Made by a program: the position numbers and the translations under genes. 44,737 nucleotides of DNA, taken from assembly GCA_022865275.1 (NCBI GenBank), contig JALIDQ010000002.1:1-44737 (forward strand). The letters are read 5' to 3'. Below the pieces are notes generated by a model that was given only the letters and a program-made list of their open reading frames with translations, was not told where the DNA came from and made no database searches. Position 1 is the stretch's first letter, and each line of letters opens with the position of its first letter. Of the stretch, positions 35,647 to 44,737 are shown piece after piece. Source of the stretch: Candidatus Nanohalarchaeota archaeon QJJ-9. GTDB taxonomy: Archaea; Nanohalarchaeota; Nanosalinia; Nanosalinales; Nanoanaerosalinaceae.

Positions 35647-37296
35647 ATGGATCTAGAGGTCGCGATAGTGGATGGGTACGTGGACGAGCCAGCGCACCAT
35701 GGAGCGCCTCCGTACATTTCCACGTATCCGCGTTATGTATCAGGCGCTCTTGTAGATTCTGGAATAAGCAGAGACTCTATCAAATACTACACCATAGACC
35801 AGATACGTGATGACTCTGAAAAGTACAGGAAAGCGATTTGTTCTGACCTTCTTATTGTTGTAACTGGTATGGCTGTTCCTGTAAACTCTGTGGGTGGAGA
35901 TTACATGGAACGGGATGAGATGGACGAGCTTGCAAGTAAGGCACAGGGTACCACTTTAATAGGCGGTCCTGTACAGTTTGGAGTGCTTGAAAAAGGTGGA
36001 GAAGTCGCTAAAGGGATTCCAGAGTCGTTTGACTTTGTTGCAGAGGGTGATATAGAAGCTGCGGTTTTTGACCTGGTACATAACGACCTTGAAGGTTTTA
36101 ACAAGAGGCAAAGATCGCTAGATGAGCTTGAAAGATGGTCTAAGAAGGGGGCTTTTATCGTCCAGCAGCATCCAAACCACCCTGATTATATTATCACTGA
36201 GGTAAAGATTGGCCGCGGATGTCCGTTTAACTGCTCGTTCTGCATCGAACCTCTTTACGGCAAACCTACCTTCAGAAATCCTGAAAAAGTTGTAGAAGAG
36301 GTAAAAGCTCTGAATTCTTTTGGGATAAACGACTTCAGGCTTCAAGCACCGAATTTCCTGACCTATGGAGGTGATGGGGTCCATCCTAACCCTGAGGCGA
36401 TGGAGAAACTTTACTCGGGTATAAACGAAGCGGTGAATAATCTGGAGACGCTCCATCTGGACAACTTCAACGCGAATGTCATAGTAAACTACCCTGAGAA
36501 GTCGAGGAGATGCCTAGAGACCATTGCGAAGTATAACACTCCTGGAGACACGTGTTCCCTTGGCCTTGAATCAGCTGATTCTGCGGTCCAGGAGGCTAAT
36601 AACTTGACTATAAGCAATCAGGAGTGTATGGAAGCTGTAGAGATGATAAACGAGATAGGAGGCTTCCGAGTTAACAACGAAAGAAGTTTACCCAAACTTC
36701 TTCCAGGTATAAACTTCGTGTTTGGTCTGAAAGGCCAGACTGAGGGGACTTTTGAGAAGAACTTTGATTTCCTAAAGAAGATTTACGATAAAGGACTGAT
36801 GCTTCGGAGGATTAATCTTCGCCAAGTCTCTACACATCCTGGAACAGAGATGTATGATTTTGGCAACAGGCTTGTGAAGGAGCATAAGTCTCTTTTCCAC
36901 AAATGGAAGGAGCGTATCAGAAAGAAGATAGATAATCCTATGCTTGAAAGAGTAGCGCCTCCTGGAACGGTTATACGGAACGTCTACGCGGAGTACCACG
37001 AGGGTAAGAAGACTTTTGCAAGGCCTCTTGGAAGCTATCCTTTGCTTATAGGTCTGAACGAGAAGTATGAGATAGGTTCTAAGTTTGATGTGGCGGTAAC
37101 GGACTACGGATACCGCAGTATATCTGGTGTAAAGTATCCTCTTGATCCTAACTCTGCTTCAATGAACGAGCTATCGTCTGTTCCAGGTGTAGGTCAGAAG
37201 CGTGCAGGTAAGCTGGTTATAAACCAGCCTTACGATTCTCTTAAGGAACTAACCAAGATTTTAGAGGAGAAGTCTCTGAAGTTCTTTGAGTTATAG
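35647..37296 (+). CDS. Radical SAM protein with TRAM-like and C-terminal helix-hairpin-helix domains (COG1031-like)
   Basis: VDGYVDEPA...PPYISTYPRY N-terminus; CPFNCSFC cluster motif; GLES; LRRINLRQV; LSSVPGVGQKRA (HhH). Confidence 0.9.
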   Translation: MDLEVAIVDGYVDEPAHHGAPPYISTYPRYVSGALVDSGISRDSIKYYTIDQIRDDSEKYRKAICSDLLIVVTGMAVPVNSVGGDYMERDEMDELASKAQGTTLIGGPVQFGVLEKGGEVAKGIPESFDFVAEGDIEAAVFDLVHNDLEGFNKRQRSLDELERWSKKGAFIVQQHPNHPDYIITEVKIGRGCPFNCSFCIEPLYGKPTFRNPEKVVEEVKALNSFGINDFRLQAPNFLTYGGDGVHPNPEAMEKLYSGINEAVNNLETLHLDNFNANVIVNYPEKSRRCLETIAKYNTPGDTCSLGLESADSAVQEANNLTISNQECMEAVEMINEIGGFRVNNERSLPKLLPGINFVFGLKGQTEGTFEKNFDFLKKIYDKGLMLRRINLRQVSTHPGTEMYDFGNRLVKEHKSLFHKWKERIRKKIDNPMLERVAPPGTVIRNVYAEYHEGKKTFARPLGSYPLLIGLNEKYEIGSKFDVAVTDYGYRSISGVKYPLDPNSASMNELSSVPGVGQKRAGKLVINQPYDSLKELTKILEEKSLKFFEL

Positions 37297-37322
37297 GAAG
37301 TTTTATTTAATAATGGAACTAT

Positions 37323-37691
37323 TTGATTGTTATGCCATCGAACCTGACTCTTTTGTTCGCGGATAGAAGAGCGGATTTTGCGATGGTCTTCCTTGTTGCT
37401 TTTCTGCTTCTAGTGTTTTTGTTGGGAGCGATGAGCGAGGGCTGTCCTCGAGGTTTTAGCCTTGACAGGTCTATGGATGCCTGTGTAGACAACTCTTCTC
37501 TTGACCAATCCCAGTACAGAGCGGCAGAGATAGCTGTTGAATCCTTAGAGAGCTCAAAATTAGTTGTTGTGCAGAATGTATTGACTTTAAAGTGTCCGGG
37601 GTGTTTTAAAGTTATTATAAACCATGAAGATCTTTACAACAATGTTACTCTCATGGACTGGACTGTAGCGGAGTCGACAGGCTGGAAGTAG
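37323..37691 (+). CDS. Small membrane-anchored protein with four Cys
   Basis: One TM helix, then CPRGFSLDRSMDAC and CPGCF; the start may be the ATG at 37332. Confidence 0.7.
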   Translation: MIVMPSNLTLLFADRRADFAMVFLVAFLLLVFLLGAMSEGCPRGFSLDRSMDACVDNSSLDQSQYRAAEIAVESLESSKLVVVQNVLTLKCPGCFKVIINHEDLYNNVTLMDWTVAESTGWK

Positions 37692-37725
37692 AAAAGAAAA
37701 ATATAGGAAGGCCTGTTTGCACAGG

Positions 37726-38394
37726 CTACTGTGGTCCTGTATCGTTTACAGGCTGTTCTGGATTAGTTGTATTTCCTTCAACAGGTTCTGTACCGTTCTC
37801 AGGCTCTTCTGTTGTGTTTCCTTCTTCCGGTTCTGTAATGTTTCCAGGCTGTTCTGGTGTCTGATTTATTTGTTCTCCTGCTCCCGGATTTCCAGGAGTT
37901 TGATTCCCTGGTGTTGTGTTTTCTGGTCCTTGATTGCCTGGATTTTCTTTAGGTCCTTTGCTCTGGCTCTTGTTCATTGCCTGTCTCTTTCTTTCCATTG
38001 CTTGTTCCATGTTGTTCAATGCGTTCTGCATTCCCTGTCTTGCCTGTTCGTTAGGCGCGTTTTGAACTGTTTCTCTCATTTTCTGCATCGCTCTCTGAAG
38101 TCCTTCTGAATCAGGGTCTTCTGAGCGATTTACTGCTTTGCCCATGTTTTTTGCAGCTCTTTCTGCTGCTCTTGTCTGGTTTCTTTCCATTGCCTGTTCT
38201 GCTTCTGCTGATCTTTCCTGAGCTACTTCTGTAGCGTTTTTAAGCCCCATACTCATAGCTGCGTTATCCCATGCGACTTCTAACCCATATAACGGAGAAC
38301 CTGCTCCGATCATCCCTGGGCTAAAGTCTGCCTGGGCTGTGGCTAAAGGACTTATAGCTACGACCAGTGCTGCGATCAAAATTTTTCTGTTCAT
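37726..38394 (-). CDS. Secreted helical protein (DUF5667-like) with a Pro/Asn/Glu-rich low-complexity tail
   Basis: Signal peptide; GSPLYGLEVAWD...AQERSAEA pattern; PGNQ/PE repeats. Confidence 0.75.
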   Translation of the reverse strand: MNRKILIAALVVAISPLATAQADFSPGMIGAGSPLYGLEVAWDNAAMSMGLKNATEVAQERSAEAEQAMERNQTRAAERAAKNMGKAVNRSEDPDSEGLQRAMQKMRETVQNAPNEQARQGMQNALNNMEQAMERKRQAMNKSQSKGPKENPGNQGPENTTPGNQTPGNPGAGEQINQTPEQPGNITEPEEGNTTEEPENGTEPVEGNTTNPEQPVNDTGPQ

Positions 38395-38467
38395 AAAGAT
38401 TTCACCTTAGTTATAATAAGAATGCTAGGCTTTAAAAGTAATTGCTTAATAATTTGTTTTTGCTGTC

Positions 38468-39232
38468 TCAGACTTTCTTGTATATTCCATGGATCTCTTC
38501 TAAACCACCGACTTCTACAGGTATTCCTACTAGTTCTACTTCCTTTTTTTCACCTGTTTTTGTCTCCCTTAATGCTTTAGAATTAATCCTTTCACCGTTT
38601 AGGCACTTCTTTGTATATTTCAAAGCTGTTTCCTGCCTGCTTTCCGGTACTATGTGATCATCGAGATCTTTTTCTAAGATTTCCTCTTCCTTGTATCCGA
38701 AAAGCTCCTGGAACTGCGGATTAACTTCTTTAACTTTGACATCAGGCCCTACCCGTGCTATAGCTACAGGTATTTCATTGAATAGTTCTTCATACCTTTT
38801 TGTGTGGAGCATAATCTCCTCTTCTAATATTTTATGGTAGCCTTCTTGTTCAATAGCTTCTGAAAGGACGTTAAACTGTGCTTGAGGATCGCCGCCTTTT
38901 TTTAAATACCTGTCGGCACCGAGATTGAGCGCTTCCATAGCTACTTCCTCTCTTCCTTTACCTGTGAACATTATAAAGGCAGGAGAGTTTTTATCAGTTT
39001 TTACCTCCTCCAGAAGATCTAGCCCGTTTATTTCAGGCATTTCGTAATCCGATACTATTACTTCGTATTTGTTATTTTCAATCTTTTCAACCGCTTTTTT
39101 AGGGTTTTGTACTGTATCTATCTCGTATTTGCCCTTGAACCTCTCAAGATATAATTTTTCCTGTTCAAGAAAAGATTCTTGGTCGTCTACAAGCAGAACA
39201 GAGAGCTGTATTTCCTCTGTTGATGGAGGCAT
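38468..39232 (-). CDS. Response regulator (REC-PAS)
   Basis: LLVDD, VSDYEMP (phospho-Asp), FTGKG, GADRYLKK; C-terminal PAS (VNPQFQELFGY...GEK). Confidence 0.9.
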   Translation of the reverse strand: MPPSTEEIQLSVLLVDDQESFLEQEKLYLERFKGKYEIDTVQNPKKAVEKIENNKYEVIVSDYEMPEINGLDLLEEVKTDKNSPAFIMFTGKGREEVAMEALNLGADRYLKKGGDPQAQFNVLSEAIEQEGYHKILEEEIMLHTKRYEELFNEIPVAIARVGPDVKVKEVNPQFQELFGYKEEEILEKDLDDHIVPESRQETALKYTKKCLNGERINSKALRETKTGEKKEVELVGIPVEVGGLEEIHGIYKKV

Positions 39233-39269
39233 TTTAGATGTTTTTTATAAATTGCCCGACTTTTAAAAG

Positions 39270-39352
<83 letters not shown>

Positions 39353-39472
39353 GTTGGAGGCGTAAAGTTCTTGATATTATATCACTGGCATCTGAAGTTT
39401 TAAATCTATGGACTGTTGTGAGAGACGGTCTTACAAAAAATGTAAAAGAGTTTGTAGAGAATACTCCCGGCT

Positions 39473-41074
39473 ATGGAACTCAGTATTCTCTTTGGGGGTA
39501 CCCAGGGACAGGGAGTCGACAAGGTAGCAGAGATCGCTGCAAAACTTTTTGCGAACATGGGATACTATATTTTCCGTTACAGGGATTACAGCTCTCTTAT
39601 CGAAGGAGGCCACAGCTTTAGTGTTTTGAGTGTTTCCGAAAAACCTATACACTCTCATAAAAAAGAGCTAGATGTTATATTAGCGCTTGATGAGGATGTT
39701 ATGGATAGGCACAGCGATAGACTAGCGGAGGAAAGCTGTGTTCTAACACCTGAAGGTTTGGAGGAGGATGTTAATTATAACTACATCAACACAGCGCTTT
39801 TAGGAGGGCTAGCCAAACTTTTTGGGGTAAAAAAGAACAGACTGGAAGAAGTTGTGGAAGAAGAACTTCAGAAAACATCTGTAGGAAATAAAAAAGCGGT
39901 AGAGGAAGGATACCAGTCATTCGAGCAACTTGTAGAGCTGGAAGACAAGGAAAGATCCTATGAGATAATGACAGGGAGCCAGGGAGTGGTTAGAGGAGCT
40001 ATAGAATCAGGTATGGATGTTTTCCTAGCCTATCCTATGACTCCTGCTACACCTGTGTTCCATCTTCTTGCGGAGAAGGAAGAAGACGAGGACTATATAA
40101 CCTACCAGCTTGAAAATGAACTTGCAGTAGCTAACGCAGCCTTGGGATCAGCCCATACAGGAGCTAAGACCATGGTAGGTACCTCGGGTGGAGGTGCAGA
40201 CCTTATGTCAGAAGCTACGTCTATGCAGGGGATTGCGGAGATACCTTTTGTTTTATACCTTGCACAGAGAGCAGGAGCGGGTTCAGGAGTACCAACCTAT
40301 ACAGCACAGGCTGACTTAGGCCTTGCTACGAAAGGAGGGCATGGAGAGTTCCCAAGAGTAGTTATAGCTCCTGGTGACGCTGTAGAATCGGTAGAAGCCG
40401 CTAACCAGGCTTTCTACTTCGCAGAAAACTACCGGCTGTTGTCTGTAATTCTAGGAGACAAGCATGTAGCTGAATCGGATTTCACATTTACCAGCGAGCC
40501 GGATACTGTAGAAGTAGGTCGAAATATAGATTCGGAAAACCAGGGAGGCGAATACGAAAACTACAAGATCACAGAGACGGGTAACAGTCCCAGAAGCGTA
40601 CCGCAACTCAACGTTGTCAAGTCTTCTTCTTACGAGCATGATGAGAAAGGTATAACTGTAGAGGATGCTGAAAAAGTAGATGAGATGACAGAAAAGCGCT
40701 TAAGGAAGGGAGAGGAGGTTGAAAAAGAGTCCAAAAGATTTGAACGCTTTAAGGTACACGGAGACCAGAGTTCTAGCACTGTTATCATAGGCTGGGGATC
40801 TACAAAGGGAGTCCTTAAAGACGTAGCGAAGGAGAAAGGTTACAGTTTCCTACAGGTATTCTATCTCGAACCGTTTCCCGAAGAGATAGAAGAGCATTTA
40901 AAGGATGCAGAAGAGGTTGTTCTGGTAGAAAATAATTCAACAGGGCTTTTGGGAGATCTTATAGCTGAAAATACAGGTATTAGAATAGGGGATGATCAAA
41001 AAATCTTGAAATACGATGGAAGACCGTTTAGAAGGGACAAACTTTTGGAAAGGATAGACGAGGTTCTAGGATAA
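39473..41074 (+). CDS. korA: 2-oxoacid:ferredoxin oxidoreductase alpha subunit (gamma-alpha fusion)
   Basis: GGTQGQG, IEGGHS, AYPMTPAT, ENELA, TSGGG, QRAG..SGVPT, GHGEFP, GWGSTKG, VENN, YDGRPF. Confidence 0.94.
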   Translation: MELSILFGGTQGQGVDKVAEIAAKLFANMGYYIFRYRDYSSLIEGGHSFSVLSVSEKPIHSHKKELDVILALDEDVMDRHSDRLAEESCVLTPEGLEEDVNYNYINTALLGGLAKLFGVKKNRLEEVVEEELQKTSVGNKKAVEEGYQSFEQLVELEDKERSYEIMTGSQGVVRGAIESGMDVFLAYPMTPATPVFHLLAEKEEDEDYITYQLENELAVANAALGSAHTGAKTMVGTSGGGADLMSEATSMQGIAEIPFVLYLAQRAGAGSGVPTYTAQADLGLATKGGHGEFPRVVIAPGDAVESVEAANQAFYFAENYRLLSVILGDKHVAESDFTFTSEPDTVEVGRNIDSENQGGEYENYKITETGNSPRSVPQLNVVKSSSYEHDEKGITVEDAEKVDEMTEKRLRKGEEVEKESKRFERFKVHGDQSSSTVIIGWGSTKGVLKDVAKEKGYSFLQVFYLEPFPEEIEEHLKDAEEVVLVENNSTGLLGDLIAENTGIRIGDDQKILKYDGRPFRRDKLLERIDEVLG

Positions 41075-41904
41075 TGGATCTGGAAGATTTGGAGACAGGA
41101 GCTGGGAAGACGTGGTGTCCTGGATGCCATAACTTTATGGTTTTACAGGCGGTAAAGAACGCTATAGTTGAGCATTCGGAGGAAAACGATTTGGAATGGG
41201 AGAAGTATTCGATGGCTACGGGTATAGGATGTCACGGGAAGATGTTTGACTATCTTGACATTGGAGGTGTCTACTCTCTACATGGTAGGGTTATCCCGAC
41301 GCTTACTGGGATGAAAATTGGCAATCCTAACCTTGTACCTATAGGTTTTGGAGGAGACGGCGATACTTACTCTGAAGGAATTTCTCACCTAGTACATGCT
41401 GCGAGGTTTAATCCTGATGCTGCTATGGTAGTCCACAACAACCGTGCTTTCGCTCTTACCACAGGACAGGCCACACCGACTACAGGTAAGGGATCAGTAA
41501 CCAAGGCACAGCCCCAAGGGCATTTTGAAGAGGCCATAAATCCGATCGAACTTGCTATATCAAACGATACAAGCTTTGTAGCCAGGGCATATCCCCGTAA
41601 TATCTCTCAAACAACTGAAATTCTCCGTGAGGCTATGGAGTGGGATGGATTTGCTCTTGTAGATCTTATATCCCCTTGCCTTGCTTACAACATAGACGTG
41701 ATGGATCTTGAGGATAGGATGTATTATATGGAGAATCATAACCCTAGAGACAAGCAGAAAGCGTTTTCAAAGGCTGTGGAGTGGGAGAAAGGTGATAAGC
41801 TCCCTCTTGGTATTTTCTACAGGAAAAGTAAAGATACTATGGTTGAGAGGAGACCTCAGCTTGAAGAGCTTGCGGAAGACGATAAAGCGTGGTTTATGAA
41901 GTAG
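41074..41904 (+). CDS. korB: 2-oxoacid:ferredoxin oxidoreductase beta subunit
   Basis: WCPGC, GIGCH, LHGR, GGDGD (TPP motif), NN..FALTTGQ, SPC; TAATG overlap with the alpha gene. Confidence 0.94.
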   Translation: MDLEDLETGAGKTWCPGCHNFMVLQAVKNAIVEHSEENDLEWEKYSMATGIGCHGKMFDYLDIGGVYSLHGRVIPTLTGMKIGNPNLVPIGFGGDGDTYSEGISHLVHAARFNPDAAMVVHNNRAFALTTGQATPTTGKGSVTKAQPQGHFEEAINPIELAISNDTSFVARAYPRNISQTTEILREAMEWDGFALVDLISPCLAYNIDVMDLEDRMYYMENHNPRDKQKAFSKAVEWEKGDKLPLGIFYRKSKDTMVERRPQLEELAEDDKAWFMK

Positions 41905-41956
41905 AAGAGGCCTTACCCAAACATAGAAAAGATTTCATATCAAGCATCTGATAGAG

Positions 41957-43129
41957 ATGGTAGAAAACCCTATACCTGAGAAAGAAGTATACGCGGACAA
42001 CAACGCTACAACTCCAGTAGATCCTCGTGTAAAAGAAGCGATACAGCCTTTCCTGGAAGAAAAGTATGGAAACCCTAACTCCATGCATAGCAGAGGAAGA
42101 GAGGCAAGAGAAGCGGTTGAGGAAGCTAGAGCGAAGATTGCATCGCTTATAAATGGGGAAAAGGAGGAAATAGTGTTTACAAGCTGTGCAACAGAAGCAA
42201 ATAACCATGCTTTGAAGGGTGCAGCATTCTCAAAAAAAGGAAAACATATAGTGACCACCAAAATAGAGCATGACTGCGTTTTAAACGCTTCCAACTGGCT
42301 GGAAGAGCAGGGATTTGATGTCACCTACTTGGAACCCGATAAGAACGGTTTTGTCTCACCGGAACAGGTGGAAGAAGCGGTGAGGGATGATACTATACTA
42401 GCCTCAGTCATGCTTGCGAACAACGAGATAGGAACCATTGAACCTATAGAAGAGATAGGAGAGCTTCTTGAGAAGAAAGACATTCTATTCCATACAGATG
42501 CGGCTCAAGCGGTTGGTAAGATTCCTGTGGATGTGAAAAAGCTTAAAGTCGATATGCTTACTCTTAATGCACACAAGATGTATGGACCGAAAGGTATAGG
42601 TGGGCTATGGGTTAAAGATAACGTGAAAATCGACTCCCTGATCCATGGGGGCGGCCAGGAAAAAGGAAGGCGTTCGGGAACAGAGAACGTTCCCTATATT
42701 GTAGGTTTTGGGAAAGCTGCGAAGATAGCAGAATCAAGCCTGAAAAGCGACCGAAAGAAGTTAAATAAGATTTCCGGGAAGCTTATGGAGCTTATTCCCG
42801 AAAAAGTTGATAATGTGGTAGTGAATGGTCCTGAAGATGTTGATAGACGGTTACCCGGCAATACCAACTTCTCGTTCCACGGGGTAGAAGGGGAAAGCCT
42901 AGTTCTCAGGCTGGATTCAAAAGGTATAAAAGCTTCAACTGGTTCTGCATGTGCTTCGGAAAGTCTTGAGGCATCACATGTTCTTAAGGCTATAGGTCTG
43001 GATGAATCTTTGGCTCACTCTTCTTTAAGGATGAGCTTTGGAAGGTTTAACAGTATTGAGGACGTGGAAAAAATCCGGGAAGTCCTCCCGGGAGAGGTTG
43101 AAAAACTTAGGGAGATAAGTTCTATGTGA
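41957..43129 (+). CDS. iscS: Cysteine desulfurase IscS/NifS
   Basis: YADNNATT, YGNPNS, ATEANN, HTDAAQ, AHKMYGPKG (PLP Lys), RSGTEN, GSAC (catalytic Cys). Confidence 0.97.
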   Translation: MVENPIPEKEVYADNNATTPVDPRVKEAIQPFLEEKYGNPNSMHSRGREAREAVEEARAKIASLINGEKEEIVFTSCATEANNHALKGAAFSKKGKHIVTTKIEHDCVLNASNWLEEQGFDVTYLEPDKNGFVSPEQVEEAVRDDTILASVMLANNEIGTIEPIEEIGELLEKKDILFHTDAAQAVGKIPVDVKKLKVDMLTLNAHKMYGPKGIGGLWVKDNVKIDSLIHGGGQEKGRRSGTENVPYIVGFGKAAKIAESSLKSDRKKLNKISGKLMELIPEKVDNVVVNGPEDVDRRLPGNTNFSFHGVEGESLVLRLDSKGIKASTGSACASESLEASHVLKAIGLDESLAHSSLRMSFGRFNSIEDVEKIREVLPGEVEKLREISSM

Positions 43130-43133
43130 TACT

Positions 43134-43616
43134 ATGTATTCAGAAAAAGTTATGAAGCATTTCAGAAACCCTAGCAATATGGGTGAACTAGATGAACCAG
43201 ACGTAGAGGTGCAGGTCGGAAACCCTACCTGCGGAGACATGATGACGGTTTATATGGATATAGAGAAGAAGGGAGACGATAAATACGTGGAAGATGTAAA
43301 GTTTGAGACTTTTGGGTGTGGAGCTGCTATAGCGACGTCTTCAGTAGCTACAGAGCTGGTTAAAGGCGAGACAATTGAGGAAGCTGAGGAGCTTGAGTTT
43401 GAAGATATTGCGGATAAACTTGGCGGGCTGCCTAAGATAAAGATGCACTGTTCTAACCTTGCATCGGTTGCTGTACATGAAGCTTTATACCAGTACAGGA
43501 AGGAAGAAGGTATGGAGATATCCCAAAAACTTGAAAAACAGCATAAATCAGCTTTAGAATCTAAGAAAGCTGTGGAAGAGAGAAGAGAAGGACAAGGAAA
43601 GGTTTTTGAAGGGTGA
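43134..43616 (+). CDS. iscU: Fe-S cluster scaffold IscU/NifU-N
   Basis: YSEKVMKHFRNP, GNPTCGD, FGCG, KMHCS. Confidence 0.96.
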   Translation: MYSEKVMKHFRNPSNMGELDEPDVEVQVGNPTCGDMMTVYMDIEKKGDDKYVEDVKFETFGCGAAIATSSVATELVKGETIEEAEELEFEDIADKLGGLPKIKMHCSNLASVAVHEALYQYRKEEGMEISQKLEKQHKSALESKKAVEERREGQGKVFEG

Positions 43617-43620
43617 TAAG

Positions 43621-43821
43621 ATGGATAAGGACCTTTATATAGATGAGGATAAATGTATAGGCTGTAGTTCGTGTGTTAGCATTGCACCAGCGGTTTTTGA
43701 GATGGAAGGAGTTTTAGCGAAGGTTAAAGAAGAGGTAGAATTTGATGAAGAAGTTTTGGAAAAAGCTCAGGAAGCGGCTGAGTTCTGCCCTACAGACGCT
43801 ATAACTGTGGAAAAGGACTGA
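43621..43821 (+). CDS. fdx: Monocluster [4Fe-4S] ferredoxin
   Basis: CIGCSSC...CPTDAI; ATG at 43621 behind SD GGTGA. Confidence 0.93.
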   Translation: MDKDLYIDEDKCIGCSSCVSIAPAVFEMEGVLAKVKEEVEFDEEVLEKAQEAAEFCPTDAITVEKD

Positions 43822-43825
43822 TAGT

Positions 43826-44692
43826 ATGGTCGATACTAGAAAGCCAGCTGCCGCAGGCCGATTTTATCCTGGTAAAGGAACCCGGCTGAGAAAAAAGGTT
43901 GAAGAATGCTTTAAATCGGAACTAGGTCCTGGAAAAATACCTGAAAAAGGAGAGATAGGCGATATAAGGGCGGGAATTGTTCCACATGCTGGATACGATT
44001 ACTCAGGACCTGCCGCGTCCTACTTCTACTCAGAGCTTGTAGAATCCGGCATACCCGACACTGTAGTGGTTATGGGAACTATGCATACTCCTGTAAGAGA
44101 GAAAAAGCCAGGTATAACTACAAAACAGGACTTTAAAACTCCTCTTGGTGAATTAGAGGTGGATAAGGAGGTGGTTGAGGAGCTAGTAGCTGAGAAAGCT
44201 GTGTTGAACGATCCTAAACCCCATCGCAGAGAACATTCGATAGAGGTACAACTACCTTTTCTCCAGTATTTTTCAAGCGAGTTCAAGCTTGTACCTATAG
44301 GAGTACCAACAAAGGAACTTGAGGAAGCTAAAAGGCTTGGTAGAGCGCTAAAAAACATTTTAGGCGATAAAAACGCGGTTTACATAGCAAGCACAGACTT
44401 TTCACACTGCGGTATGAGCTATGGACAACTACCTCCTGGTGAAAAGTCGGCGGGAGAGTACGCTGAAGAAAAAGACCGCAAGGCTATAGATAGGATAGAG
44501 AATATGAAACTTCAGGAACTTTTTGAGACTATAAGAGAGGAAGAGATTTCTATATGTGGACCTGGAGCGATATATGCTCTCATGTCTGTTTTGGAAAACG
44601 GTTCTAATGCAGAGCTTCTCAAGTACTATACTTCTCAGGAACTAGGCTCAGGTTCCAACGCTGTAGGGTACGCTTCAATCAGTTTCCGTTGA
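43826..44692 (+). CDS. MEMO1 family protein (AmmeMemoRadiSam system protein B)
   Basis: RKPAAAGRFYP, PHAGYDYSG, TPLG, EHSIEVQLPFLQ, STDFSH, CGPG, VGYAS. Confidence 0.94.
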   Translation: MVDTRKPAAAGRFYPGKGTRLRKKVEECFKSELGPGKIPEKGEIGDIRAGIVPHAGYDYSGPAASYFYSELVESGIPDTVVVMGTMHTPVREKKPGITTKQDFKTPLGELEVDKEVVEELVAEKAVLNDPKPHRREHSIEVQLPFLQYFSSEFKLVPIGVPTKELEEAKRLGRALKNILGDKNAVYIASTDFSHCGMSYGQLPPGEKSAGEYAEEKDRKAIDRIENMKLQELFETIREEEISICGPGAIYALMSVLENGSNAELLKYYTSQELGSGSNAVGYASISFR

Positions 44693-44737
44693 AAAAACGT
44701 TCAGGAGAATATTTAAGGCCTTCAAAGTTTAGTTGAT

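Noticed and set aside
37717-38109. Cys/Trp-rich 130-aa plus-strand ORF
   Set aside because: Shadow of the low-complexity PGNQ/PE tail of the minus-strand secreted protein.

Overview
Archaeal chromosomal window with an acidic, Glu/Lys-rich proteome. It most likely comes from a halophilic DPANN archaeon (Nanohaloarchaeota/Aenigmarchaeota-like); this is inferred from protein style and gene set, not from a search. Bases 1-14.8 kb (minus strand) hold the S10-spc ribosomal superoperon (uL3 to uL15, aIF1, Rpp29), then secY, a DUF106/EMC3-like gene and a truncated cbf5. An unannotated 56-aa double-CxxC zinc-finger gene sits between eL32 and eL19. Next come rtcB and archease, downstream of an intron-containing tRNA-Ser(GGA), and a rearranged str locus (EF-2, EF-1alpha, an inserted 1008-aa secreted DUF2341 adhesin-like gene, inverted uS10). 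Further on are GDH, AsnRS, a repeat-containing surface protein, tRNA-Gly(CCC) with a structured 88-nt intron, Csp and tRNA-Pro(CGG). The last third has divergent site-2 and rhomboid proteases, a Nudix-like gene, a radical SAM gene, an orphan REC-PAS regulator, tRNA-Leu(GAG) and an OFOR alpha/beta-IscS-IscU-ferredoxin-MEMO1 cluster. I saw no CRISPR array, integrase or transposase. The strongest novelty candidates are the micro-protein in the r-protein operon, the two long tRNA introns with shared ends and non-canonical splice motifs, the nested-domain adhesin with a duplicated start, the palindromic rpl3 leader and two further small ORFs.
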